Assembly (NCBI RefSeq): GCF_021869535.1
Contig: NW_026262668.1
Span: 109,678,001-109,742,000 of the forward strand
Length of the DNA: 64,000 bases
From: Mytilus californianus
Taxonomy: Eukaryota
Reading direction: 5' to 3'
Below are positions 1 through 13,596 of this stretch, in pieces; position 1 is the stretch's first letter; every line of letters begins with the position of its first letter. The position numbers and the translations under genes were made by a program. The notes below the pieces were generated by a model. It was not told the origin of the DNA. It searched no databases and saw nothing but the letters and a program-made list of their open reading frames with translations.

Positions 1-11
1 TTATTTTCTAG

Positions 12-94
12 GGGTTACGTGAGGGATGCATGTTACTTGTAGAGGATAAAAAGGCCACTCTGCTGGGAAAAACAGATGCCAAACTCTTTGTCAG
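12..94 (+). CDS. pepE: Penultimate coding exon of alpha-aspartyl dipeptidase (dipeptidase E, peptidase S51)
   Basis: Acceptor ttttctag at 4-11 and donor GT at 95-96. Translates GLREGCMLLVEDKKATLLGKTDAKLFV-R, matching the family's C-terminal GLREG motif as I recall it. Phase 2 fits the next exon. Not in the ORF track. Confidence 0.8.
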
Positions 95-429
95 GTACTA
101 GTACATAATAAAATAGGTTTTTGTATATAAGATACATTGTTTCAGTGAAGAATGTAACATGTCCACTTAATCAATATTTTAAATAGATTGGTTTGATTGT
201 TGACCTAAAGTTGTTACCAAAGTAATATGTAGATTTCTTTGTTAGCTTTATCGAACAAGAAAAAAATGACCCCACTGACAGAATACATGCTTCTTTGCTA
301 GTTACCCTTTTCCTCTGACTTAAGAGTTCACATTTCTTTAAAAATATAAATAATTTATTACTTTTTAATGCCAGTATTATAGGAGAAATATGTGACCAAT
401 CAAATCTCAAATTAATATTATATAGAAAT

Positions 430-760
430 AAGAAGATGTGGTATAATTTCCAATGAGACAACTCTCCACCAGAGACCAAATGATAATAGAAGTTAACAAC
501 TACAGGTCACCGTACGGCCTTCAACAATGAGCAAAACCCATACCGCATAGTCAGCTATAAAAGGCCCTGAAATGACAAATGTAAAACAATTCAAACAAGA
601 AAAACTAACGGCCTGATTTATGTAAAAAAACAATGAACGAAATTCAAATATGATATACAGCAACAAATGACAACAACTGAATTACAGGCTACTGACTTGG
701 GACAGGCATATACTAAATTTGGCTGGGTTAAACATGTTAGTGGGTGCCCAACCCTCCCCC
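430..760 (-). repeat. High-copy dispersed repeat (3' tail similar to the Penelope-like elements in this window), inside the pepE intron
   Basis: aagaagatgtggtat...caatgagacaactctcc...gacttgggacagg...gggttaaacatgtt is the reverse complement of motifs at 54900-55295 and 45260-45310. Partial copies near 1536, 12290, 16120, 22260, 35535, 36180, 39480, 42110 and 49440. Confidence 0.75.
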
Positions 761-861
761 TGAATTTACCGGTTAAAGATATTTATTTCTACAGGAGTTC
801 TAAATTTATTTAACCATAAGCTGTTACAAATAATAATAGTCTGTGATATATTTTTTTTCAG

Positions 862-928
862 AGGAAAAGATCCAGTGGAGTATAAAGTTGGATCAGATAT
901 GTCATTTCTGTTACAGTCCCAATTGTGA
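862..928 (+). CDS. pepE: Terminal coding exon of alpha-aspartyl dipeptidase
   Basis: Acceptor ttttttttcag ends at 861. Phase-2 join gives R-GKDPVEYKVGSDMSFLLQSQL*, like the RGKxPxEx(4)DxSFLL C-terminus of animal dipeptidase E. Confidence 0.8.
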
Positions 929-2473
929 TGTTATACAATACGACTCTGTTAAATTAGGTTCAGAAAATCAAATCGTGTTCGTTTTATTAAAAAAATATGG
1001 TATTGGCTAGATTTATTTCTTACTGTCATATTACTCAATACTGTTCCTTTTAAAGGAGGGGGTATGATAAGAGCCATAATTTGGCACCTGAATTCAAGGG
1101 CCAAAAATATCCTAATCATACCTTCTCCCTTCCAAATATATCTCTAAAAAAGTGGAATGATAGTGATATCTATCAAAACTTATTCAAATTAAGTCTTTTG
1201 GAACCTAAATTTTCAAACCTCTCAATGACTTTGTATTTGATGGGTGTCGGTGATAATGAAGGAAAAGTCATATAAGTTGCCTTTATAGACTCTGCATTAT
1301 AGAGTTATTAGCGAAAAGTAATCTTTTAGAAAAATGACTAATGCAAATGATTTAGAAAAACTTCAATACAGCTTGTGAACACTGGCTTTTAAAAATGAAG
1401 ATGACCTAAATATCTTATTTAACATTACAGGGGACAAACATGTATGAGCCAATGAAAGAAATCTTAGATTGGACTAGGCGTTCTTTTTCTCAAAGTATGA
1501 AAACAATAAAAATATTTATACTATATATATAAAAATAAGAAGATGTGGTATGATTGCTATGAGAATACTCTCTACAAGAGACCAAATGACATAGAAGTTA
1601 ACAACTATGTTATATACATATACATATACTTGTAAATGTCCAGAGATTGTGTAGTTTTGCTTGTCACACACTATTTGCATTAATTTCCATTTTCAACTAT
1701 TTATCATCTTGATGAATTTAATCCATTTAATCTATGTAAGCTAAATGATGAATAAATGCACATGCACATTTTATGTGTATTGTTTGAATAATAATGAATT
1801 AGAAGAAAGTTGCTAAAATCATGTTTGACCAACATTTAAAAGTAAAAAATCCAGAGATTTCACAAAAAGTTCTCTACCAAGTCAATAAGATTGTGTTTTA
1901 TATATATGGATGCAGATTTCAGTTCTCAGGTCAAAATTGCAGAATAATTTATTTGGTATACCGAGTGCCAAATTCATAGAATTATAGGGAGGCTCTAAAA
2001 ATTACTTGAACAAAAATGTGAAATGTCTAGATCGAGTTTGGAAGAGGGGTTTTCAACTTGCTTAATTTCATCACATTCTCTCATGTCCTGAAAGTTAAGA
2101 GGCTTTATAGTTCTGAAAATATTAGATCAAAACCTCAAAAGATCTATGCCGAATACATGTAATTATAAAAAGAACAGACTAAGGTTTAACTTAAACAATT
2201 AAACAAGAAAACCAAAATTGGCTAAGGTCAACTATTTATACGAAGGACACCCAAAAACATAGAAATTTTAAAAGGCATTTTGTGAGTAAGCTTTTTAATT
2301 CTAACTGAAGTGACTTTTACTAAGTACTTTTATGAACTGCATCACCACACCATTTGTACATTATTTCACTTGCGTAGCTGTACATTTTATCCTGATTTTT
2401 AACGTATAATTTTTACTTGTGTGTTGTATTTTTACCATTGCTAGTATTGAACATTGTTTGTTATTGAGCCATC

Positions 2474-4041
2474 ATGGAACTGTCAAGGCGCAGTAGGCGT
2501 TCCAGAGTGACTAAGGTGCCGTTTACACCTTCTAAATTAAAATCTAAAGGTGCGAAAGTTAACACTGTAAATCTCACTGTACTCCCCGTAGATTATGAAC
2601 TCGATAGGAGTAAAGCAATCAAGAATAAAATTGAGGCTGCTTCTAGACCCCATTCAGTAATATTAACTAAGGCACATGGAAACATTGTGATAACTTTCTC
2701 AGCAGCTGCTTATGAGGAATTTAAAAGTGTAACATTAAACTATTTACATAGCAAAGGGCTTACCTTAAACACCACAGAGACAACCGAGAAGAGGGGGGCA
2801 GTGGTTTCTGAGTCAACAGCTGTTTTTGAAGGAAATAAAAAACTCTTTGTGTTAAATTTCTATAATTCAAAATCAAAGATTCTGCTAAATGGTAATCAAG
2901 GTCATATTATAACCTTTGTTGAGAAATATTTGATACACATTTTAGACATTCTAGATAGAAATGACTCCTTTAGTGACGTAAATAAACAGATACGTGAATA
3001 CTGTGAGCAATACCTTAATAAGTCAGTTCAGTCAGCAGAAAATGGGCAAGAGATTGAAATGACATCTACTGAAAATAAACTGTCCTCATTAAATGTAAAT
3101 AAAGTTTTGTCTCTGCCAGCTATTGACTATACAGCGTGTGCAAATGAACTACTCATAGGTCCCCAGTTCCCACTGTGTCTGGTATGTAATAGACAATGTG
3201 ATGAAAAACCCACATCTGTAGCCTGTGACATTTGTAATCAGTGGATACACTTCAAATGTGAGGGTCTAACACCTGAAAAAGTATCAGAGATAGAGCTTAA
3301 AGACGAAACATCCATATGTAGATTGTGTACCAATCAGCGGGTCATTATAAACTCAGACATGGAAACAAATACTTACCATGATAATAGTGTTATAAATTCT
3401 AGTGTTAGCCAAGCAAATCTTAATAGCAACACAGCAAGTGTAGGTCAAACGCCCTTGACTTTATCTCCTAGAACATTTGATTTAAGAGAGAACTGTCAGC
3501 CAACTGGTTCGACTGAAGGTTTGCTTGATCATGTAAATACCTTACCATCTGGTTCAAATATGACTATTTCACCTGATAATACCGAGTTACTAAAGGCAGA
3601 GATTGCTCATCTACAAACTCAAACTGAAAAAAGAGATAAATTATTGAAAACTAAAGACAGTAAAATTCTGAAATATGAGGCTGAAATTGATCAACTTAAA
3701 AAGCAGTTATCTACTAACCGTGCATATTCTATAATCCTTGAAGATAAGAATAAAGATTTACAACATTCTTTACTAATTATGAACCAGAGAGTTGAACAAT
3801 TAGAAAATTACCCAACACAAGGTTCTACCAAATCGCATACTTGTACACAAAATGTACAGAGTACACCACAGTCTGAAATAGGAGAAATGAAAATCTGGTT
3901 TTTAGAGCAAAAGGTTAGGCAATTAGAACTTGATGTGCGTAAAAATGATACTGAATTATCTTTAATTAAGAGCTCACATGTGCCTAATGTAAAAACTTCT
4001 CGAGGAAAAAAACGTCGAAAGCCATATCTATCGAATAATAA
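2474..4041 (+). CDS. LINE ORF1 with PHD finger and coiled coil; C-terminus cut by an insertion
   Basis: C4HC3 pattern CLVC..CDIC..WIHFKC..CRLC at 3176-3328, then a heptad-rich segment (LKAEIAHLQTQ...LEQKVRQLE). The last residues (KGTTI) come from the inserted element. Confidence 0.8.
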
Positions 4042-5589
4042 GGGGACGACCATTTGATATTCTGGTGGGGGCCAGGAGGATTTGTTTTGGATCAGCTATT
4101 TATTTTTGTGAACTAGAAGAAGAGATTATCTATTTTCTGCACTGATGAAGCATGGTTTTTCATTTTCATTAAAACAAGGGACTGATTATTTATTTTCACA
4201 ATTATATTTATAATATTTGAAAACACACAATTTAAATTTTTTTTTTTATTCCTAAATAGATAATAAGTGTATAGTCAAATCATTATGTACCATTTAATCA
4301 GAATTTATCATCATCATGTGGATTCCCGAAGTGAATCTTCTGAATTCCCAACTGCAGGTATTGCATACGTACAAGGTATTACAGTGGGGCTGTAACTAAG
4401 CCTCTTTTTAAAGTAATGTCAAACATATTTTTGCCTCGCTCCGCTCGGCAAAAAAATTTGGCGATGGTTTTGGGAGCCGCTGAAGGCCACAAGAAGACAA
4501 TATGTTGGTCTCAAAGCAAAATATATAGATTCAGTGTAAGACTTTTAGTTTTTAGGGACAACATCAAAAGACCAATATGTAGGATAAAGCAACAAGTGCA
4601 ATTCAGAAACTTAAGTATGTGGCTGCTTTTTTTTTGTTTTTTTTTTTTCAGTGTTTTGGCTTGCAGAGAAATCTTTTTTATATACCTGTCAATTATGTGT
4701 TTTTGTTCTCAAATTAAGTTAAGAGGGGTTGATTATCATTGATATAACTATGTCAGGTAAGTTTTTATAACACATTTCAATTACAACTTGATGTAGTTCC
4801 TAACTGAGATACAATTTGAAATTCATGTATTGAAGACCTGTTGGTGACCTTCTGCTGTTGTCTGTTCTATGGTCGGGTTGTTGTCTTTTTGACACATTCC
4901 CCATTTCCATTCTCAATTTTATTTTTATGTAGTTTGTATAATTAGATAAAAAGTCCTTAAATAAAATTAAACTCAAGTTTAAAAAAATTACTAAATTACA
5001 AATGGAATGCAACACTAAGAGAATAAAGAAGGGCAATCAATGAACAAAAGACAAACCCTGGAACAGATAAAACACAACACTGAAAACTAAAATTAAATGT
5101 GAAACATGGATCACGAAAAACGGGCTGTATGCCAGAGGGTGAACAGAACTTGCTTCTTGCAAGGCATTCGAAGTAAAAACAATTTGATATGAAGACAAGC
5201 TTTTGTTTTTGAAATTTCCTACCTGAGGCATTTGCCTCAATTTAGTTACAGCCCTATGACTTATGAAAGTGATGTAAATGTTCCTGAGTTAATATACCTC
5301 TAGTTAAATGAAACCCATTTTCAGACACTTCAAGTACATTGATATTTATACATTGCATTATAAAAGATTTTGAAAGTTTTTCCCGAAAAAAATATGAAAA
5401 AAGTCGAATTTTGTAGGAATCTGGTGCCATTTCATACTTTTGAATAGCATTTATAAAATGGCTTAAAAGACCTGCCGAGTTATTTATTTTCAATACATTG
5501 TAGGTTAGGTTATTTATTTTCAAACTACCACAGAACAAACCATTCATTTTTGTTATTATCAAGGCTGAGTTATTTATTTTCAAAATCCT
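4042..5589. mobile_element. Non-autonomous DNA transposon inserted in the LINE; right TIR truncated
   Basis: Starts TAA|GGGGACGACCATTTGATATTCTGG..CCAGGAGGATTT, similar to the TIRs at 37825-38103. At the right end only AAAATCCT of the expected TIR remains before LINE coding sequence resumes. Contains a nested repeat at 4826-4922. Confidence 0.55.
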
Positions 5590-8500
5590 ATTCGGCAGAT
5601 CCAAACTGAGTCAGCAGACTCACCTATAGACAACCCTATTCTGACAGATTCGACTCCGTCTCCAGTACTTTCGTCTTTAGATTTATTAACATTTAATATT
5701 GAGGGATTCAATAGCAATAAGTTATATCTTGAAACTCTTTCAAAGCGTTCCGATATTTTGTTTTTACAAGAACATTGGCTTCATAGTTATGAAAAACATA
5801 AACTTGATGAATTTTTACAAGACTTTATATGTTATACAAAATGCTTTGATGATAAATCACTTTCTGATTCATATGAGCGCCGTAAGGGCCATGCTGGAGT
5901 AGCAATATGTATTCACAAGAAATTTGAAAAATTTGTTGAACTTTTACCAGATGGGGGCAATAGAATTGTTGGTATCACGTTTAATACTACACAGCCATTT
6001 ATATTTTTATCTACATATCTTCCTTGTCGTGGGAATGCATTATGCAAATAGCATAGACAATTATCAGGAAATCCTTGATGAGCTATCAGAAATTTACATA
6101 AAATATAGCAACGTATTTAGAATTGTGATAGCCTTAGGTGGTGACATGAATGCCTCTATTTATAGAGATTCTAAACAAGATAAAGTTGTTAGAGATTTTA
6201 TAAAGGAAAACAATCTTTTAATACTACTATCTTGTGGAAAGACTTTTACCTTTTATCATTACAATGGAAGGGACACCTCCCAGATTGATTATTTTTTAGA
6301 AAGTAAGTGTTATTAACAATTACTTGACTTTTATACGTGAGTCTACAAATACCTCTACTCATGATCCAATACTGACAACTATTCCATGTAATATGCAAGC
6401 GAATGAGGAAACTAATTTATTAATTGAGAACAAAAGAATAAATTGGAATAAGGTTGATAAAACTGCTTATCAGGAAGAGATTGAAAATAAACTGTCTCCG
6501 TGGACTGATGAAGTAAACCTCAATTTGACATTTGATAATATACCGGATAAGATTAATGAATTATGTACAATTATGGCAATATCAACTTCTAAATGTAGCC
6601 GCTCTAAACGTTCGAAATGTAGCAAAAGGTTAAAGAAAAAGCCCTGGACTCCAGAATTGGAAAATATAGCTAAGATAAATGGAGATCATTTTGCAAAGTG
6701 GAAAGCCGCTGGCCGACCCACCGATAAAAGTAACATTTTATTTCAAAATATTCAGTATTATAAAAAGAAACTTAGATCAATGCAAAGACAACTTGAGGCA
6801 AGCTTAAGAATTAATAAGTATCAGAAAATTATGGAACTTCACGAGGGAAATGATGCTGGTTTTTATTCTTTAGTAAGGAAACGAAGAGATTCAGCTAATA
6901 CCACAACTTCTACTCTTACTTTTAATGACATTTCTTTAAATAACGATAACTTGATTCGTGATGCATGGATGGAATACTTTCAAGATTTGGCGACTCCTAT
7001 GGACTCTGAAAATTGTGATAAAGAACACTTTAATCTGGTTGAAAATGATATAAAACATTTAACAAAAACATTTACTGAAAATAAAATAAAAAATATTTCA
7101 CCTGTAACAGAAGATGAAATGAAGGGTATTTTAGCATCTATGAAAAATAATAAATCTGCTGATGAAGAAAATATAGCAGCTGAACATTTGAAATATGGTG
7201 GACCTATTATGATAACTATAATGACTTTTTTTGTAAATGCTATTTTTAAACATTTACATATTCCAACTTTATTGAAAGGTGGCATTGCCTGTCCTGTTTT
7301 GAAAAATGGAAAACCAAAAATTGACCCGAACTCATATCGGAAAATTACTATCACAAGTACAGTAGGAAAAGTTGTTGAGAAAGCTCATTTATCTCAAAAT
7401 AAAAACTCTGTAACTAAAAATCAAAATAAACTACAGAAAGGATTTACTTCTGGAGAAATGCCTATTATTGCTGCTTTAATTTTAACTGAACTTATAATCC
7501 AAGCAATTAAGACAAAATCACCACTATATGTGGCTCTAATGGATACAAGGAAAGCCTTTGACATTGTTTGGCATCTTGGCCTGATGAGAGAAATGCATAA
7601 GTTTGGTTTAACCGGGGACAACTGGTTATTTTTTAAAAAAATGGTATGAAAATCTTAAATCAAAAATTAAATGGAAAGGGTTGCTTTCAAATCCAATAGA
7701 GGAACGACAAGGCGGTATTTGGTCACCGACTGCCTATAAGATTTTTATAAATTCACTTTTGCAAACTTTTGAAAGAAATCAATTAGGAGCATGTATAGGA
7801 CCCATTTATTGTGGTATTCCAACCGTAGCTGACGATGTTGCGTTAATTTCAACAGATCCTTATGAACTACAAACAATGCTAAATGTACAGGCAGATCATG
7901 CAAACAAACTGAGATATCTACTTAGTGAGCAAAAATCCACAATTTTAGTATATAATGACAAATTGCCAAAGTCTTGTTCATTGAATGGTAAATCAGTAGC
8001 ACTTTCCGAATCGGCAATTCATCTTGGAATAGATAGAAATATAACTAAAAATACTGGGGTGAAAGAAGTTGTAAACAAACGTACTATTACTGCAAGGAAA
8101 ACCGTTTACTCTCTCATGGGTGCTGGATTGCACGGTTTGAATGGAGTCAATCCAAAAGTTTCTGTGCACTTGATACAAATATATGTTATACCTAGACTTC
8201 TGTATGGTTTAGATGTCATATCTCTCTCAAATGCAGATATCCAAAAGATGGAATTATTCGTTAGACAATTATTAAAGCAAATTCAGCACTTGCCTAAACG
8301 CACATCAATACCTGCAACTTTATTATTATTAGGGCGTATCCCTATGGAAGGAGAAATTCATAATAAAATTTTGAAAACATTTGGAAATATAATTAGAAAT
8401 GATAAGTCCGTTGAAAGAGAAATTGCTTTTAGACAATTGGCTATGAAAGATGAAAAATCTGGAAGTTGGTTTACAAAACTACACAATTTAACTGAAATTT

Positions 8501-9104
8501 ATGGATTGCCGTCGCCTTATAATATCATTGAGAATCCACCATCAAAAATAAGCTGGAATAGACATGTGAATAACTGTATTAACAATTATTTTTTACAAAA
8601 TTTAAAGATGGAAGCTAAAGGAAAGTCATCCTTGAAATATATTAATTTTAATGATTCCAACATAGGAACTGTGCATAATATTTGGAAAAGCAGTGGGACT
8701 GACCCGTACTCCGTAAATATGGCTGCGATTAAAGTTAAAATTGACACTGGAATAATGATTCTTCAGTATCAGAGGTCTAGATTTTCAAAAAACTGTATTT
8801 CAGCAAATTGTCCATTATGTAACATTGAACCAGAAGATGTGACTCACTTTATACTTAAATGTGAAAAGCTGTCAAGCATAAGAAATCGCTTTATCAAAGA
8901 GCTGAAATATTTTCTCGTAGATAGTAATAAGCCGTTTTGCTAATACAAGAACTATTTGATGATGAAGAGAATCTTTTACATCTAATTATAGACTGTACAA
9001 CATACCATTTTCTTACCTTTAAGGAACAGGTCCGTATAGAGACATTAACCAGAGGCCTGTGTTACAAACTATACCATAAACGTTTACTTTTAATGTCAGA
9101 GTAA
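5587..9104 (+). pseudogene. LINE ORF2 (AP endonuclease, reverse transcriptase, C-terminal CCHC finger), frameshifted
   Basis: APE motifs LTFNIEG, FLQEHW, GDMNA, SQIDY; RT motifs YRKITITS, MDTRKAFD, QGGIWSP, PTVADD; C-terminal CPLC..EDVTHFILKC. Split over at least five ORF-track pieces. Confidence 0.9.
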
Positions 9105-9334
9105 ATTTATTCTCAGTATAGCGGTATATAGGAAACAAAATATATTCCATATCAGATAACATTTCGATATATACATTTGATCTGCATTTTACTGGATTTT
9201 GTCAGGATTTATATAGTGATTCTTATTCTACAATATTATGAGGTGGATAGTGCTTGAACTGTAAGATCGTATCCGATGCTTATAATATATCAACTGATCT
9301 TAGATTTTAAGTACTTCGTTTGCGTGCTATATAT

Positions 9335-9556
9335 ATAGAATAATTGCTTACCTAATGAACAGTAAAGCTTTTTTTTAGATTTTATGATAACAAGGATAGT
9401 GTTTAAACAGTAAACGCTAATACGAGGGCAGGAGTGTTATATATAAAATAATTGCTTACCTAATGAACAGTGGAAATATTTTTAGATTTTATGATAACAA
9501 CTAAACAAGGATAGTGTTTGAACAGTAAACGCTATTACGAGGGCAGGAGTGTTTAT
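9335..9556 (+). repeat. Tandem duplication of about 110 bp in the LINE 3' UTR
   Basis: aataattgcttacctaatgaacagt...aacagtaaacgcta.tacgagggcaggagtgtt occurs twice in tandem. Confidence 0.85.
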
Positions 9557-10899
9557 CCTGTTTAATATATAGATACATAAATAGTGAAATCTGGACAAGT
9601 GGATTGAGTATAAAATAGTTAACTTCGTTTACATGGTGATGGATTAGTCCGCATGCTGTATATATGTTACTGTTTCTAATAATTACGTTTATGAACATAT
9701 ACTATAACCAATTTTATGAGTGCCCCGTGCGTAAGGGTTAGGGTGCAAATAAAGAAGTACGCTGTAGAAGCGAAGCTCCTGATAGAGGAGGAAGATAAAG
9801 ACTAGGTAACAGGTAACAGGTACATACTAGCTTTTGACATATCAGTCAAAACAGACTAAGGTCGTCTATACAGAAAGGTCAATTAAAGGCTATATAAGGT
9901 CATCTTTTTTCAGCCGAAACAGAGTAATCAGGTAATGTCATCTATACATATAAAGGTAAGTAAAAAACAGGCTACCGTTCTTCAGAACAGCCAAATATGG
10001 CTAGCTTTCCAAAGAACGGCCAAAACTGGCTAGCTTTTTTACAAAACAGCCAAAACGGGTAATGTTAATCGATTCACATGAAGGACAACCAATACCGTCT
10101 GCTTTCTACAATACAGCAACAAAAAGGATATCAATATGTGGATTTACTTCATTATGAAATAAATTTAAAATGAAAATTCTGGAAATAATTCTTGTGACAA
10201 TTTATACCTTAATCTGCAATCAATAAGTCATAAGCTATGATAGTAACATCGGTGATGCTCAAGACCAAAATATTTGAAAGTTCAAAACCTATACAAACAT
10301 GCAAGGGTTAATAAAATCAAAAAGAATGAAAGTAAAACAAAAACCGGACAAGGAATCGGAGCTTAACGCTAGGGAGATACAATCCTTAATTCAAAATGAA
10401 TTCGAAATTTAATAACAGCAAATTTGAATAAAACACTATTTGCATATAACGAAGTCACTGGCTACTGGGCTAGTGAAACACTCCAGGATATACAGTCCAC
10501 CAGCAGAGGTATCTGCCCAATGGTAATATTAATGATATAGATGGAGCTCATTCATTTTGTTCCAAAAAAATTTCATTAGTGAATGTCTTAAGAAATGGAT
10601 GAGTTCAAGGAAATTTTATACCAAATTGCAAGTTTGCAAACAAAGTTGCCAAAAACAGAATAAAAGAGAGAAAATATTTTATCAATTGACTATTTTCAAA
10701 GTACACTGTCATGACTGTGTTTGGACACAGACAAGGGTGTTAAAATATATGAAGGAGCAGAATGGAAAACTGCTTCACATCAAGAATTTAAAAAAAAAGT
10801 GCTTAAAGACATCCCTTTCAAAGAAAAATATAACAATTTAACAAGTTTCTTACCATGAAAATTCTTTAAAAAAATCAATGGATGGTTTATAATTATTGT

Positions 10900-12230
10900 C
10901 TTGAGGATGATCTTGGTGATTCACACACAATCTTGTTTTTGTTGTTGTGTCGATTCCATTCACCTCTTATTTCTCTGAAATCTGAAATCCACCATATTCA
11001 AGCACTTGGAAAAACTAAAAACTTCGGTAGTGATTGTCAGTTAGTTTCTGTCTGCAACTGTGCAGGCAAATGTTCATTTTGTAAAGCCAAAAGTGTTATC
11101 TCAACTACATGTCATGAACAAAGTATTATCCAATGTTATAACTATGATTTCCCTTGCCCTTAATGTATTCAGATTGGTAGTAAAATTGCACAAAACTAGG
11201 CGCCCGTTGTTGGATTTTCTTGTTTGGATCGTTGAGTGCAAAATGCAGTGATTCGCCAAACCTTCCATCTCGATTGTCGACCATTTGCTTTGCTAAGAAT
11301 TGAGCTTTTTGGACAAGAAATGTAGATTGACAAATCCTCATCGTTATCAGTTTGTTGTGTCAGCAAGCTCCGATACAGTTTGTCACTGGCATTCGTGAAC
11401 AAATATCAAACGTAGTATAGGTTTAGATAATATCCTTGAATCACAAATATTTTTGATAAGCAAACATAGTCTTTTCTGTAATTTGACCTGCCAGTAATCA
11501 CTGTTTAAGTCCAAAGTAATAAAGCAAAAAGCCTTTACTACTTGTGCAATGATGTCACCAATCAAAAGTTAGATAAGGAAATCGATTGGGCAGTAGTTTT
11601 GTTGATATTCTCAGTTCCAAATCCCTTATGAACCGTTTTTTATCCATCATAAAAGAAAATCACCAACGTAACTCTAACCTTTGCATGACCTTAGCCTCAA
11701 ATATTTCTTCTATTGCCTTATCAATTACCTTGGCCTTTCCTTTAATGTCAGCTTCCTGTGTCAATTTTCATTTTCACTGCATCAGTTAACTTTATTTGAC
11801 CTTTTAAATGGTTTTATTCGAACATCACTGATGAGTCTTATGTCGACGCAACGCTCGTCTGACTTACAAAATTATAAGCCTGGTATGTTGGTGAGTTTTT
11901 TAACCGGAATCAAAGTCTTTCTTAGCAAAAACAGGTGTTCTTTCTTAGTAGTTTAAAGACGGTGAGGTTATATTTGTAGGATACCATCTCTTCTTGAAGT
12001 TTGGTGTATAATTGTCTGTTGCAGGTTCACTACAGTAACCGAGGAACTTCAAAGGTTTGAATATGCTTTCTTTTTCAATTACAAAGCCTCTCTTCAGGAT
12101 GTAGTATTTATATTCAGTGTTGAACGCATAACGCAAATCTTCTGTGACCCACAGATTATTTAGATTCATCAAATGTTTAACCTGGTTCACTAAGAAAACA
12201 TCTTCAGTTTCTTATCAGTAATTTCAACAA
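10900..12230 (-). pseudogene. Highly decayed Ty3/Gypsy RT-RNase H remnant
   Basis: Minus strand: ITLDLNSDYWQVKL (RT); FTNASD, HFLSKKLNS*QSKWSTIEMEG and EYIKGKGN (RNase H), in shifting frames with internal deletions. Confidence 0.7.
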
Positions 12231-12771
12231 GCCTCGAGGTAGGTGTTCGGAAGCCTTACATTACATATGGAAGTTGTTTGAGGTTTGAGCTGACTTGGGA
12301 CAGGCACATAAAGAATGTGGCGGGGTTAAACATGTTTATGAACACTCAACTATCCCCTAACCTGGGACAGTGGTGTTACAGCCCAAGATAAGAACAAACT
12401 ATAAAAATCAGTTGAAAAGGGCTTAACTCGTCAAATCGGTGCAAAGCAGAAGAACATCTTAACAAAAACACAGTCTTGACGTGGAAAGGTTACTTTTAAG
12501 GCTTGTGATGGATCAAGAAGAGAGGCGTTAAAGGATGGTACATTAACTTTTTTCTCGGATTTATTTTATTAAAACACGGGAAAAATCGTCATAAATTAGG
12601 TTTTTCTACCTCACCATTGACATCCGTCGTGTTTATCAAGTTAAAATAAGAATTCATAATCGGCGAAAATGCATCATTCAAAAGTGAACTCGTAGATATC
12701 TAATGTTTAACCAACCTAAGAACAGTACAAAAATTTATTAACAAAAGGTGTCATTAACGATAACTTTACTG

Positions 12772-12810
12772 CATCAGATGAGCATTTCGACAAATGTCTT
12801 TTTGATGATG
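12772..12810 (-). ncRNA. Decayed type I minimal hammerhead ribozyme
   Basis: catca-[tcaaaaa]-GAC attt GTC-GAAA-tgctca-TC-tgatg. Stems I and II and GAAA are present, but the CUGANGA strand is destroyed. Confidence 0.45.
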
Positions 12811-13540
12811 TTCAAGGTCAAAATATTTAAAACTCCAAAACCAAAACTAACCTAAAGTAAAGCCAACCACCGACAAGTAATCAGAATTATATTTCCTACT
12901 TTAAACTATGATTTTCAAATAATGTTACGACTGCAAATTTCATTAAAACATCATCCGTAATTTCACGCCAGTACCAAAGAACAGGCTACTGGTTTTGTGA
13001 TACTTTCGCGGACAAACAAATTAGCATCTCAGAGTTATCAACCCATTAGTGGTAATAACATCAACGGTAACATGCTATTCTGAATATTGGTAATATTTTA
13101 TTAGAAACCTTGTGAACTCTTGAATATCAGCACCAAAGGCTGAATACTGTATTTGCCTTGTCAATAAAGGTACCGAGAAATCTTTTCTAAACTCAGACGA
13201 GACATGTTATTTTTAGGAAACAATTAAGGAAGATTACTTTGAAATATTGACTTCACAAAGTATCTTTATTTCTAGGAAGGTTTCGTTCTGAAAATCAACT
13301 TGCGAAGTCTGTATCTCGAAAATTGCTACTGTTATCGCCTATGAGTGTCATTCATTTCTTAAATATTTTATGTCAGTTTTTGCTATTCTTTATATTTTTT
13401 ACCTATTATTCTCTATTCTTTATGTTTTAACACCCCATTATTCTCTATTCTTTTTTTTGGACCTATTATACTCTTTTCTATACTTTTTGACAATTTTTTT
13501 TGTAGATACAGTTAATTATTCTCTATTCGCCTATGTTGGT

Positions 13541-13596
13541 TGGTGGTGGTGGTGGTGGTGGTGTGTGTGTGTGTGTGTGTGGGGGGGGGGGGGGGG
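13541..13596 (+). repeat. Compound microsatellite (TGG)n(GT)n(G)n
   Basis: Seen directly in the sequence. Confidence 0.95.

Larger units (their letters stand above)
2474..9822 (+). mobile_element. Near full-length non-LTR retrotransposon (PHD ORF1; APE-RT-CCHC ORF2; tentatively RTE-X-like), interrupted and frameshifted
   Basis: ORF1 at 2474, APE/RT fragments at 5587-9104, 3' UTR ending in an (AGGTAAC)n tail at 9804-9822. 5' boundary and TSD not found. Confidence 0.85.

Noticed and set aside
2173-9862. AACAGACTAAGGT at 2173-2185 and 9850-9862 as the LINE TSD
   Set aside because: The downstream copy is about 27 bp away from the tail; more likely a motif of the repeat into which the LINE inserted.
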